Source: Eledone cirrhosa (taxonomy: Eukaryota). Taken from it: 64,000 bases of DNA. The position numbers and the translations under genes are program-made. Below, in pieces: positions 32,501 to 47,839 of this stretch. The stretch's first letter is position 1. Every line of letters starts with the position of its first letter. The notes beneath the pieces are model-generated. The model made no database searches. It was not told where the DNA came from and was given only the letters and a program-made list of their open reading frames with translations. Location of the stretch: assembly GCA_964016885.1 (NCBI GenBank), contig OZ024743.1, forward strand, positions 210,304,001 through 210,368,000, written 5' to 3'.

Positions 32501-35500
32501 GAAAGCTCTTCACTCCATAAGATATACCACAGTTTACCATCCTATAGCCACAGATGAAAGCTGTTCGCTCCATAAGATATACCACAGTTTACCATCCTAT
32601 AGCCACACATGAAAGCTCTTCACTCCATAACATATACCACAGTTTACCATCCTATAGCCACACATGAAAGCTCTTCACTCCATAAGATATACCACAGTTA
32701 ACCATCCTATAGCCACAGATGAAAGCTCTTCATTCCAAAAGATATACCACAGTTTACCATCCTATATCCACAGATGAAAGCTGTTCACTCCATAAGATAT
32801 ACCACAGTTTACCATCCTATAGCCAAACATGAAAGCTCTTCACTCCATAAGATATACCACAGTTTACCATCCTATAGCCACAGATGATAGCTCTTCACTC
32901 CATAAGATATACCACAGTTTACCATCCTATATCCACAGATGAAAGCTGTTCACTCCATAAGATATACCACAGTTTACCATCCTATAGCCAAACATGAAAG
33001 CTCTTCACTCCATAAGATATACCACAGTTTACCATCCTATAGCCACAGATGAAAGCTCTTCATTCCAAAAGATATACCACAGTTTACCATCCTATAGCCA
33101 CAGATGAAAGCTGTTCACTCCATAAGATATACGACAGTTTACAATGCTATAGCCACAGATGAAAGCTGTTCACTCCGTAAGATATACCACAGTTTACCAT
33201 CCTATAGCCACACATGAAAGCTCTTCACTCTATAAGATATACCACAGTCTACCATCCTATAGCCACAGATGAAAGCTCTTCACCCCATAAGATATACCAC
33301 AGTTTACCATCCTATAGCCACACATGAAAGCACTTCACTCCATAAGATATACCACAGTTTACCATCCTATAGCCACACATGAAAGCTCTTCACTCCATAA
33401 GATATACCACAGTTTACCATCCTATAGCCACAGATGAAAGCTCTTCACCCCATAAGATATACCACAGTTTACCATCCTATAGCCACACATGAAAGCTCTT
33501 CACCCCATAAGATATACCACACTTTACCATCCTATTGCCACACATGAAAGCTCTTCACTCAATAAGATATACCACAGTTTACTATCCTATAGCCACACAT
33601 GAAAGCTCTTCACTCCATAAGATATACCACAGTTTACCATCCTATAGCCAGATGAAAGCTCTTCACTCCATAAGATATACGACAGTTTACCATCCTATAG
33701 CAACACATGAAATCTCTTCACTCCATAAGATATACCTCAGTTTACCATCCTATAGCCACAGATGAAAGCTCTTCACTCCATAAGATATACCACAGTTTAC
33801 TATCCTATAGCCACACATGAGAGCTCTTCACTCCATAAGATATACCACAGTTTACCATCCTATAGCCACACATGAAAGCTCTTCACTCCATAAGATATAA
33901 CACAGTTTACCATCCTATAGCCAGATGAAAGCTCTTCACTCCATAAGATATACCACAGTTTACCATCCTATAGCCACAGATGAAAGCTGTTCACTCCATA
34001 AGATATACCACAGTTTACCATCCTATAGCCAGATGAAAGCTCTTCACTCCATAAGATATACCACAGTTTACCATCCTATAGCCACAGATGAAAGCTGTTC
34101 ACTCCATAAGATATACCACAGTTTACCATTCTATAGCCACAGATGAAAGCTCTTCACTCCATAAGATATACCACAGTTTACCATCCTATAGCCACAGATG
34201 AAAGCTCTTCACCCCATAAGATATACGAGAGTTTACCATCCTATAGCCACACATGAAATCTCTTCACTCCATAAGATATACCACAGTTTACCATCCTATA
34301 GCCACACATGAAAGCTCTTCACTCCATAAGATATAACACAGTTTACCATCCTATAGCCACACATGAAAGCTCTTCACTCCATAAGATATACCACAGTTTA
34401 CCATCCTATAGCCATACATGAAAGCTCTTCACTCCATAAGATATACCACAGTTTACCATCCTATAGCCACACATGGAAGCTCTTCACTCCATAAGATATA
34501 CCATAGTTTACCATCCTATAGCCACAGATGAAAGCTCTTCACCCCATAAGATATACCACAGTTTACCATCCTATAGCCACAGATGAAAGCTCTTCACCCC
34601 ATGAGATATACCACAGTTTACCATCCTATAGCCACAGATGAAAGCTCTTCACCCCATAAGATATACCACAGTTTACCATCCTATAGCCACACATGAAAGC
34701 TCTTCACTCCATATGATATACCACAGTTTACCATCCTATAGCCACAGATGAAAGCTCTTCACCCCATAAGATATACCACAGTTTACCATCCTATAGCCAC
34801 ACATGAAAGCTCTTCACCCCATAAGATATACCATAGTTTACCATCCTATTGCCACACATGAAAGCTCTTCACTCCATAAGATATACCACAGTTTACCATC
34901 CTATAGCCACACATGAAAGCTCTTCACTCCATAAGATATACCACAGTTTACCATCCTATAGCCAGATGAAAGCTCTTCACTCCATAAGATATACGACAGT
35001 TTACCATCCTATAGCCACACACGAAATCTCTTCACTCCATAAGATATACCTCAGTTTACCATCCTATAGCCACAGATGAAAGCTCTTCACTCCATAAGAT
35101 ATACCACAGTTTACTATCCTATAGCCACACATGAGAGCTCTTCACTCCATAAGATATACCACAGTTTACCATCCTATGGCCACAGATGAAAGCTCTTCAC
35201 TGCATAAGATATACCACAGTTTACTATCCTATAGCCTCACATGAGAGCTCTTGACTCCATAAGATATACCACAGTTTACCATCCTATGGCCACAGATGAA
35301 AGCTCTTCACCCCATAAGATATACCACAGTTTACCATCCTATAGCCAGATGAAAGCTCTTCACTCCGTAAAATATACCACAGTTAACCATCCTATAGCCA
35401 CACATGAAAGCTCTTCACTCCATAAGATATACCACAGTTTACCATCCTATAGCCACAGATGAAAGCTGTTCACTCCATAAGATATACGACATTTTATCAT

Positions 35501-38500
35501 ACTATAGCCACAGTTGAAAGCTGTTCACTCCATAAGATATACGACGGGTTACCATCCTATAGCCAGATGAAAGCACTTCACTCCATAAGATATACCACAG
35601 ATTACCATCCTATAGCCACAGATGAAAGCTGTTCACTCCATAAGATATACCACAGTTTACCATCCTATAGCCAGATGAAAGCTGTTCACTCCATAAGATA
35701 TACCACAGTTTACCATCCTATAGCCAGATGAAAGCTCTTCATTCCATAAGATATACCACAGGTTACCATCCTATAGCCACAGATGAAAGCTGTTCACTTC
35801 ATAAGATATACCACAGTTTACCATTCTATAGCCACAGATGAAAGCTCTTCACTCCATAAGATATACCACAGTTTACCATCCTATAGCCACAGATGAAAGC
35901 TCTTCACTCCATAAGATATACCACAGTTTACCATCCTATAGCCACAGATGAAAGCTCTTCACTCCATGAGATATACCACAGTTTACCATCCTATAGCCAC
36001 AGATGACAGCTCTTCACCCCATAAGATATACCACAGTTTACCATCCTATAGCCACACAAGAAAGCTCTTCACTCCATAAGATATACCACAGTTTACCATC
36101 CTATAGCGTCAGATAAAAGCTCTTCACCCCATAAGATATACCACAGTTTACCATCCTATAGCCACACATGAAAGCTCTTCACTCCATAAGATATACCACA
36201 GTTTACCATCCTATAGCCACACATGAAAGCTCTTCACTCCATAAGATATACCACAGTTTACCATCCTATAGCCACACATGAAAGCTCTTCACTCCATAAG
36301 ATATACCACAGTTTACCATCCTATAGCCACACATGAAAGCTCTTCACTCCATAAGATATACCACAGTTTACCATCCTATAGCCACAGATGAAAGCTCTTC
36401 ACCCCATAAGATATACCACAGTTTACCATCCTATAGCCACACATGAAAGCTCTTCACTCCATAAGATATACCACAGTTTACCATCCTATAGCCACAGATG
36501 AAAGCTGTTCACTCCATAAGATATACCACAGTTTACCATCCTATAGCCACAGATCAAAGCTGTTCACTCCATAAGATATACCACAGTTTACCATCCTATA
36601 GTCACAGATGAAAGCTGTTCACTCCATAAGATATACCACAGTTTACCATCCTATAGCCACACATGAAAGCTCTTCACTCCATAAGATATACCACAGTTTA
36701 CCATCCTATAGCCACAGATGAAAGCTGTTCACTCCATAAGATATACAACAGTTTACCGTCCTATAGCCATAGATGAAAGCTGTTCACTCCATACGATATA
36801 CGACAGTTTACCATCCTATAGCCAGATGAAAGCTCTTCACTCCATAAGATATACCACAGATTACCATCCTATAGCCACAGATGAAAGCTGTTCACTCCAT
36901 AAGATATACCACAGTTTACCATCCTATAGCCAGATGAAAGCTCTTCACTCCATAAGATATACCACAGTTTACCATCCTATAGCCACAGATGAAAGCTGTT
37001 CACTCCATAAGATATACCACAGTTTACCATCCTATAGCCAGATGAAAGCTCTTCACTCCATAAGATATACCACAGATTACCATCCTATAGCCACAGATGA
37101 AAGCTTTTCACTCCATAAGATATACCACAGTTTACCATCCTATAGCAAGAAGAAAGCTCTTCACTCCATAAGATATACCACAGTTTACCATCCTATAGCC
37201 ACAGATGAAAGCTCTTCACTCCATAAGATATACCACAGTTTCCCATCCTATAGCCACAGGTGAAAGCTCTTCACCCCATGAGATATACCACAGTTTACCA
37301 TCCTATAGCCACAAATGAAAGCTCTTCACTCCATAAGATATACCACAGTTTACCATCCTATAGCCACAGATGAAAGCTCTTCACCCCATAAGATATACCA
37401 CAGTTTACCATCCTATTTCCACACATGAAAGTTCTTCACTCGATAAGATATACCATAGTTTACCATCCTATAGCCACACATGAACGCTCTTCACCCCATA
37501 AGATATACCACAGTTTACCATCCTATTGCCACACACGAAAGTTCTTCACTCGATAAGATATACCACAGTTTACCATCCTATAGCCACACATGAAAGCTCT
37601 TCACTCCATAAGATATACAACAGTTTACCATCCTATAGCCAGATGAAAGCTCTTCACTCCATAAGATATACGACAGTTTACCATCCTATAGCCACACATG
37701 AGAGCTCTTCACTCCATAAGATATACGACAGTTTGCCATCCTATAGCCACATATGAAAGCTCTTCAGTCCATAGGATATACCTCAGTTTACCATCCTATA
37801 GCCACAGATGAAAGCTCTTCACTCCATAAGATATACCACAGTTTACCATCCTATAGCCACACATGAGAGCTCTTCACTCCATAATATATACCACAGTTTA
37901 CCATCCTATAGCCACACATGAAAGCTCTTCACTCCATAAGATATACCACAGTTTACCATCCTATGGCCACAGATGAAAGCTCTTCACCCCATAAGATATA
38001 CCACAGTTTACCATCCTATAGCCACACATGAAAGCTCTTCACCCCATAAGATATACCACAGTTTACCATCCTATTGCCACACATGAAAGTTCTTCACTCC
38101 ATAAGATATACGAAAGTTTACCATCCTATAGCCACACATGAAAGCTCTTCAATCCATAAGATATACCACAGTTTACCATCCTATAGCCAGATGAAAGCTC
38201 TTCACTCCATAAGATATACCACAGTTTACCACCCTATAGCCACAGATGAAAGCTCTTCACTCCATGAGATATACCATAGTTTACCATCCTATAGCCACGC
38301 CACGGATGAAAGCTCTTCACTCCATAAGATATACAACAGTTTACAATCCTATAGCCACAGATGAAAGCTCTTCACTCCATAAGATATACCACAGTTTACC
38401 ATCCTATGGCCACAGATGAAAGCTCTTCACTCCATAAGATATACCACAGTTTACCATCCTATAGCCACAGATGAAAGCTCTTCACTCCATAAGATATACC
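23950..38500. repeat. Large higher-order duplication, ~6.5-kb unit (~119 monomers), about 2.2 copies with whole-monomer indels
   Basis: ORF-track and marker offsets are 6474 (24472/30946), 6529 (25240/31769, 27006/33535, 27396/33925), 6580 (28879/35459, 30138/36718, 30946/37526) and 6305 (31769/38074). The arithmetic fits 119x55 plus two 60-mers minus thirteen 53-mers = 6529. Confidence 0.85.
30138..30683. repeat. Longest run of alternating 55/53-bp monomers (108-bp dimer); copy at 36718-37263
   Basis: Full TATAGCCACAGATG and short TATAGCCAGATG junctions alternate. This produces the longest (181 aa) spurious ORFs. Confidence 0.85.
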
Positions 38501-41500
38501 ACAGTTTACCATCCTATAGCCACACATGAAAGCTCTTCACTCCATAAGATATACCACAGTTTACCATCCTATAGCCACAGATGAAAGCTCTTCACTCCAT
38601 AAGATATACCACAGTTTACCATCCTATAGCCACACATGAAAGCTCTTCACTCCATAAGATATACCACAGTTTACCATCCTATAGCCACGCCATGGATCAA
38701 AGCTATTCACTCCATAAGATATACCACAGTTTACCATCCTATAGTAACACATGAAAGCTCTTCACTCCATAAGATATAACACAGTTTACCATCCTATAGC
38801 CAGATGAAAGCTCTTCACTCCATAAGATATACCACAGTTTACCATCCTATAGCCACAGATGAAAGCTCTTCACTCCAGAAGATATACCACAGTTTACCAT
38901 CCTATAGCCACAGATGAAAGCTCTTCACTCCATAAGATATACCACAGTTTACCATCCTATAGCCACAGATGAAAGCTGTTCACTCCATAAGATATACCAC
39001 AGTTTACCATCCTATAGCCACACATGAAAGCTCTTCACTCCATAACATATACCACAGTTTACCATCCTATAGCCACACATGAAAGCTCTTCACTCCATAA
39101 GATATACCACAGTTAACCATCATATAGCCACAGATGAAAGCTCTTCATTCCAAAAGATATACCACAGTTTACCATCCTATATCCACAGATGAAAGCTGTT
39201 CACTCCATAAGATATACCACAGTTTACCATCCTATAGCCAAACATGAAAGCTCTTCACTCCATAAGATATACCACAGTTTACCATCCTATAGCCACAGAT
39301 GAAAGCTCTTCACTCCATAAGATATACCACAGTTTACCATCCTATATCCACAGATGAAAGCTGTTCACTCCATAAGATATACCACAGTTTACCATCCTAT
39401 AGCCAAACATGAAAGCTCTTCACTCCATAAGATATACCACAGTTTACCATCCTATAGCCACAGATGAAAGCTCTTCATTCCAAAAGATATACCACAGTTT
39501 ACCATCCTATAGCCACAGATGAAAGCTGTTCACTCCATAAGATATACGACAGTTTACCATCCTATAGCCAGATGAAAGCTCTTCACTCAATAAGATATAC
39601 CACAGATTACCATCCTATAGCCACAGATGAAAGCTGTTCACTCCATAAGATATACCACAGTTTACCATCCTATTGCCGCACATGAAAGTTCTTCACTCGA
39701 TAAGATATACCACAGTTAACCATCCTATAGCCACACATGAAAGCTCTTCACTCTATAACATATACCACAGTTTACCATCTTATAGCCAGATGAAAGCTCT
39801 TCACTCCATAAGATATACAACAGTTTACCATCCTATAGCCACACTTGAGAGCTCTTCACTCCATAAGATATACCACAGTTTACCATCCTATAGCCACAAA
39901 TGAAAGCTCTTCAGTCCATAAGATATACCTCAGTTTACCATCCTATAGCCACAGATGAAAGCTCTTCACTCCATAAGATATACCACAGTTTACCATCCTA
40001 TAGCCACACATGAGAGCTCTTCACTCCATAAGATATACCACAGTTTACCATCCTATAGCCACAGATGAAAGCTCTTCACTCCATAAGATATACCACAGTT
40101 TACCATCCTATGGCCACACATGAAAGCTCTTCACCCCATAAGATATACCACAGTTTACCATCCTATAGGCAGATGAAAGCTCTTCATTCCATAAGATATA
40201 CCACAGGTTACCATCCTATAGCCACAGATGAAAGCTGTTCACTTCATAAGATATACCACAGTTTACCATCGTATAGCCACAGATGAAAGCTGTTCACTCC
40301 ATAAGATATACCACAGTTTACCATCCTATAGCCACAGATCAAAGCTGTTCACTCCATAAGATATACCACAGTTTACCATCCTATAGCCACAGATGAAAGC
40401 TGTTCACTCCATAAGATATACCACAGTTTACCATCCTATAGCCACACATGAAAGCTCTTCACTCTATAAGATATACCACAGTTTACCATCCTATAGCCAC
40501 AGATGAAAGCTGTTCACTCCATAAGATATACAACAGTTTACCGTCCTATAGCCATAGATGAAAGCTGTTCACTCCATACGATATACGACAGTTTACCATC
40601 CTATAGCCAGATGAAAGCTCTTCACTCCATAAGATATACCACAGATTACCATCCTATAGCCACAGATGAAAGCTGTTCACTCCATAAGATATACCACAGT
40701 TTACCATCCTATAGCCAGATGAAAGCTCTTCACTCCATAAGATATACCACAGTTTACCATCTTATAGCCACAGATGAAAGCTGTTCACTCCATAAGATAT
40801 ACCACAGTTTTCCATCCTATAGCCACAGATGAAAGCTGTTCACTCCATAAGATATACGACAGTTTACCATCCTATAGCCACAGATGAAAGCTGTTCACTC
40901 CATAAGATATACGACAGTTTACCATCCTATAGCCAGATGAAAGCTCTTCACTCCATAAGATATACCACAGTTTACCATCCTATAGCCACAGATGAAAGCT
41001 TTTCACTCAATAAGATATACCACAGTTTACCATCCTATAGCAAGAAGAAAGCTCTTCACTCCATAAGATATACCACAGTTTACCATCCTATAGCCACAGA
41101 TGAAAGCTCTTCACTCCATAAGATATACCACAGTTTCCCATCCTATAGCCACAGGTGAAAGCTCTTCACCCCATAAGATATACCACAGTTTACCATCCTA
41201 TAGCCACAAATGAAAGCTCTTCACTCCATAAGATATACCACAGTTTACCATCCTATTTCCACACATGAAAGTTCTTCACTCGATAAGATATACCATAGTT
41301 TACCATCCTATAGCCACACATGAAAGCTCTTCACCCCATAAGATATACCACAGTTTACCATTCTATTGCCACACACGAAAGTTCTTCACTCGATAAGATA
41401 TACCACAGTTTACCATCCTATAGCCACAAATGAAAGTTCTTCACTCCATAAGATATACCACAGTTTACCATCCTATAGCCACAGATGAAAGCTCTTCACC

Positions 41501-44500
41501 CCATAAGATATACCACAGTTTACCATCCTATTTCCACACATGAAAGTTCTTCACTCGATAAGATATACCATAGTTTACCATCCTATAGCCACACATGAAC
41601 GCTCTTCACCCCATAAGATATACCACAGTTTACCATCCTATTGCCACACACGAAAGTTCTTCACTCGATAAGATATACCACAGTTTACCATCCTATAGCC
41701 ACACATGAAAGCTCTTCACTCCATAAGATATACAACAGTTTACCATCCTATAGCCAGATGAAAGCTCTTCACTCCATAAGATATACGACAGTTTACCATC
41801 CTATAGCCACACATGAGAGCTCTTCACTCCATAAGATATACGACAGTTTACCATCCTATAGCCACATATGAAAGCTCTTCAGTCCATAGGATATACCTCA
41901 GTTTACCATCCTATAGCCACAGATGAAAGCTCTTCACTCCATAAGATATACCACAGTTTACCATCCTATAGCCACACATGAGAGCTCTTCACTCCATAAT
42001 ATATACCACAGTTTACCATCCTATAGCCACACATGAAAGCTCTTCACTCCATAAGATATACCACAGTTTACCATCCTATGGCCACAGATGAAAGCTCTTC
42101 ACCCCATAAGATATACCACAGTTTACCATCCTATAGCCACACATGAAAGCTCTTCACCCCATAAGATATACCACAGTTTACCATCCTATTGCCACACATG
42201 AAAGTTCTTCACTCCATAAGATATACGAAAGTTTACCATCCTATAGCCACACATGAAAGCTCTTCAATCCATAAGATATACCACAGTTTACCATCCTATA
42301 GCCAGATGAAAGCTCTTCACTCCATAAGATATACCACAGTTTACCACCCTATAGCCACAGATGAAAGCTCTTCACTCCATGAGATATACCATAGTTTACC
42401 ATCCTATAGCCACGCCACGGATGAAAGCTCTTCACTCCATAAGATATACAACAGTTTACAATCCTATAGCCACAGATGAAAGCTCTTCACTCCATAAGAT
42501 ATACCACAGTTTACCATCCTATGGCCACAGATGAAAGCTCTTCACTCCATAAGATATACCACAGTTTACCATCCTATAGCCACAGATGAAAGCTCTTCAC
42601 TCCATAAGATATACCACAGTTTACCATCCTATAGCCACACATGAAAGCTCTTCACTCCATAAGATATACCACAGTTTACCATCCTATAGCCACAGATGAA
42701 AGCTCTTCACTCCATAAGATATACCACAGTTTACCATCCTATAGCCACACATGAAAGCTCTTCACTCCATAAGATATACCACAGTTTACCATCCTATAGC
42801 CACGCCATGGATCAAAGCTATTCACTCCATAAGATATACCACAGTTTACCATCCTATAGTAACACATGAAAGCTCTTCACTCCATAAGATATAACACAGT
42901 TTACCATCCTATAGCCAGATGAAAGCTCTTCACTCCATAAGATATACCACAGTTTACCATCCTATAGCCACAGATGAAAGCTCTTCACTCCAGAAGATAT
43001 ACCACAGTTTACCATCCTATAGCCACAGATGAAAGCTCTTCACTCCATAAGATATACCACAGTTTACCATCCTATAGCCACAGATGAAAGCTGTTCACTC
43101 CATAAGATATACCACAGTTTACCATCCTATAGCCACACATGAAAGCTCTTCACTCCATAACATATACCACAGTTTACCATCCTATAGCCACACATGAAAG
43201 CTCTTCACTCCATAAGATATACCACAGTTAACCATCATATAGCCACAGATGAAAGCTCTTCATTCCAAAAGATATACCACAGTTTACCATCCTATATCCA
43301 CAGATGAAAGCTGTTCACTCCATAAGATATACCACAGTTTACCATCCTATAGCCAAACATGAAAGCTCTTCACTCCATAAGATATACCACAGTTTACCAT
43401 CCTATAGCCACAGATGAAAGCTCTTCACTCCATAAGATATACCACAGTTTACCATCCTATATCCACAGATGAAAGCTGTTCACTCCATAAGATATACCAC
43501 AGTTTACCATCCTATAGCCAAACATGAAAGCTCTTCACTCCATAAGATATACCACAGTTTACCATCCTATAGCCACAGATGAAAGCTCTTCATTCCAAAA
43601 GATATACCACAGTTTACCATCCTATAGCCACAGATGAAAGCTGTTCACTCCATAAGATATACGACAGTTTACCATCCTATAGCCAGATGAAAGCTCTTCA
43701 CTCAATAAGATATACCACAGATTACCATCCTATAGCCACAGATGAAAGCTGTTCACTCCATAAGATATACCACAGTTTACCATCCTATTGCCGCACATGA
43801 AAGTTCTTCACTCGATAAGATATACCACAGTTAACCATCCTATAGCCACACATGAAAGCTCTTCACTCTATAACATATACCACAGTTTACCATCTTATAG
43901 CCAGATGAAAGCTCTTCACTCCATAAGATATACAACAGTTTACCATCCTATAGCCACACTTGAGAGCTCTTCACTCCATAAGATATACCACAGTTTACCA
44001 TCCTATAGCCACAAATGAAAGCTCTTCAGTCCATAAGATATACCTCAGTTTACCATCCTATAGCCACAGATGAAAGCTCTTCACTCCATAAGATATACCA
44101 CAGTTTACCATCCTATAGCCACACATGAGAGCTCTGCACTCCATAAGATATACCACAGTTTACCATCCTATAGCCACAGATGAAAGCTCTTCACTCCATA
44201 AGATATACCACAGTTTACCATCCTATGGCCACACATGAAAGCTCTTCACCCCATAAGATATACCACAGTTTACCATCCTATAGGCAGATGAAAGCTCTTC
44301 ATTCCATAAGATATACCACAGGTTACCATCCTATAGCCACAGATGAAAGCTGTTCACTTCATAAGATATACCACAGTTTACCATCGTATAGCCACAGATG
44401 AAAGCTGTTCACTCCATAAGATATACCACAGTTTACCATCCTATAGCCACAGATCAAAGCTGTTCACTCCATAAGATATACCACAGTTTACCATCCTATA

Positions 44501-45530
44501 GCCACAGATGAAAGCTGTTCACTCCATAAGATATACCACAGTTTACCATCCTATAGCCACACATGAAAGCTCTTCACTCTATAAGATATACCACAGTTTA
44601 CCATCCTATAGCCACAGATGAAAGCTGTTCACTCCATAAGATATACAACAGTTTACCGTCCTATAGCCATAGATGAAAGCTGTTCACTCCATACGATATA
44701 CGACAGTTTACCATCCTATAGCCAGATGAAAGCTCTTCACTCCATAAGATATACCACAGATTACCATCCTATAGCCACAGATGAAAGCTGTTCACTCCAT
44801 AAGATATACCACAGTTTACCATCCTATAGCCAGATGAAAGCTCTTCACTCCATAAGATATACCACAGTTTACCATCCTATAGCCACAGATGAAAGCTGTT
44901 CACTCCATAAGATATACCACAGTTTTCCATCCTATAGCCACAGATGAAAGCTGTTCACTCCATAAGATATACGACAGTTTACCATCCTATAGCCACAGAT
45001 GAAAGCTGTTCACTCCATAAGATATACGACAGTTTACCATCCTATAGCCAGATGAAAGCTCTTCACTCCATAAGATATACCACAGTTTACCATCCTATAG
45101 CCACAGATGAAAGCTTTTCACTCCATAAGATATACCACAGTTTACCATCCTATAGCAAGAAGAAAGCTCTTCACTCCATAAGATATACCACAGTTTACCA
45201 TCCTATAGCCACAGATGAAAGCTCTTCACTCCATAAGATATACCACAGTTTCCCATCCTATAGCCACAGGTGAAAGCTCTTCACCCCATAAGATATACCA
45301 CAGTTTACCATCCTATAGCCACAAATGAAAGCTCTTCACTCCATAAGATATACCACAGTTTACCATCCTATTTCCACACATGAAAGTTCTTCACTCGATA
45401 AGATATACCATAGTTTACCATCCTATAGCCACACATGAAAGCTCTTCACCCCATAAGATATACCACAGTTTACCATTCTATTGCCACACACGAAAGTTCT
45501 TCACTCGATAAGATATACCACAGTTTACCA
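37290..45530. repeat. Recent higher-order tandem duplication, 4115-bp unit (75 monomers), two near-identical copies
   Basis: Constant 4115-bp offset: TATTTCC 37414/41529, TGAACGC 37481/41596, TTCTATTGCC 41361/45476, and seven ORF pairs (37526/41641 to 40829/44944). The arithmetic fits 75x55 plus two 60-mers minus ten 53-mers = 4115. Confidence 0.93.
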
Positions 45531-47839
45531 TCCTATAGCCACACATGAAAGCTCTTCACTCCATAAGATATACAACAGTTTACCATCCTATAGCCAGATG
45601 AAAGCTCTTCACTCCATAAGATATACGACAGTTTACCATCCTATAGCCACACATGAGAGCTCTTCACTCCATAAGATAAACCACAGTTTACCATCCTATA
45701 GCCACACTTGAAAGCTCTTCAGTCCATAAGATATACCTCAGTTTACCATCCTATAGCCACAGATGAAAGCTCTTCACTCCATAAGATATACCACAGTTTA
45801 CCATCCTATAGCCACACATGAGAGCTCTTCACTCCATAAGATATACCACAGTTTACCATCCTATGGCCACACATGAAAGCTCTTCACCCCATAAGATATA
45901 CCTCAGTTTACCATCCTATAGCCACAGATGAAAGCTCTTCACTCCATAAGATATACCACAGTTTACCATCCTATAGCCACACATGAGAGCTCTTCACTCC
46001 ATAATATATACCACAGTTTACCATCCTATAGCCACACATGAAAGCTCTTCACTCCATAAGATATACCACAGTTTACCATCCTATAGCCACACATGAAAGC
46101 TCTTCACCCCATAAGATATACCACAGTTTACCATCCTATTACCACACATGAAAGTTCTTCACTCCATAAGATATACGACAGTTTACCATCCTATAGCCAC
46201 ACATGAAAGCTCTTCAATCCATAAGATATACCACAGTTTACCATCCTATAGCCAGATGAAAGCTCTTCACTTCATAAGATATACCACAGTTTACCACCCT
46301 ATAGCCACAGATGAAAGCTCTTCACTCCATGAGATATAACATAGTTTACCATCCTATAGCCACGCCACGGATGAAAGCTCTTCACTCCATAAGATATACC
46401 ACAGTTTACCATCCTATAGCCACACATGAGAGCTCTTCACTCCATAAGATATACCACAGTTAACTATCCTATAGCCACACATGAAAGCTCTTCACTCCAT
46501 AACATATACCACAGTTTACCATCTTATAGCCAGATGAAAGCTCTTCACTCCATAAGATATACGACAGTTTACCATCCTATAGCCACACATGAGAGCTCTT
46601 CACTCCATAAGATATACCACAGTTTACCATCCTATAGCCACACATGAAAGCTCTTCAGTCCATAAGATATACCTCAGTTTACCATCCTATAGCCCCAGAT
46701 GAAAGCTCTTCACTCCATAAGATATACCACAGTTTACCATCCTATAGCCACACATGAGAACTCTTCACTCCATAAGATATACCACAGTTTACCATCCTAT
46801 AGCCACAGATGAAAGCTCTTCACTCCATAAGATATACCACAGTTTACCATCCTATGGCCACACATGAAAGCTCTTCACCCCATAAGATATACCTCAGTTT
46901 ACCATCCTATAGCCACAGATGAAAGCTCTTCACTCCATAAGATATACCACAGTTTACCATCCTATAGCCACACATGAGAGCTCTTCACTCCATAAGATAT
47001 ACCACAGTTTACCATCCTATAGCCACACATGAGAGCTCTTCACTCCATAAGATATACCACAGTTTACCATCCTATAGCCACAGATGAAAGCTCTTCACCC
47101 CATAAGATATACCACAGTTTACCATCCTATAGCCACACATGAAAGCTCTTCACCCCATAAGATATACCACAGTTTACCATCCTATTGCCACACATGAAAG
47201 CTCTTCAGTCCATAAGATATACCTCAGTTTACCATCCTATAGCCACAGATGAAAGCTCTTCACTCCATAAGATATACCACAGTTTACCATCCTATAGCCA
47301 CACATGAGAGCTCTTCACTCCATAAGATATACCATAGTTTACCATCCTATAGCCACAGATGAAAGCTCTTCACTCCATAAGATATACCACAGTTTACCAT
47401 CCTATGGCCACACATGAAAGCTCTTCACTCCATAAGATATACCTCAGTTTACCATCCTATAGCCACAGATGAAAGCTCTTCACTCCATAAGATATACCAC
47501 AGTTTACCATCCTATAGCCACACATGAGAGCTCTTCACTCCATAAGATATACCACAGTTTACCATCCTATAGCCACACATGAGAGCTCTTCACTCCATAA
47601 GATATACCACAGTTTACCATCCTATCGCCACACATGAAAGCTCTTCACCCCATAAGATATACCACAGTTTACCATCCTATAGCCACACATGAAAGCTCTT
47701 CACTCCATAAGATATACCACAGTTTACCATCCTATAGCCACAGATGAAAGCTCTTCACCCCATAAGATATACCACAGTTTACCATCCTATAGCCACACAT
47801 GAAAGCTCTTCACCCCATAAGATATACCACAGTTTACCA

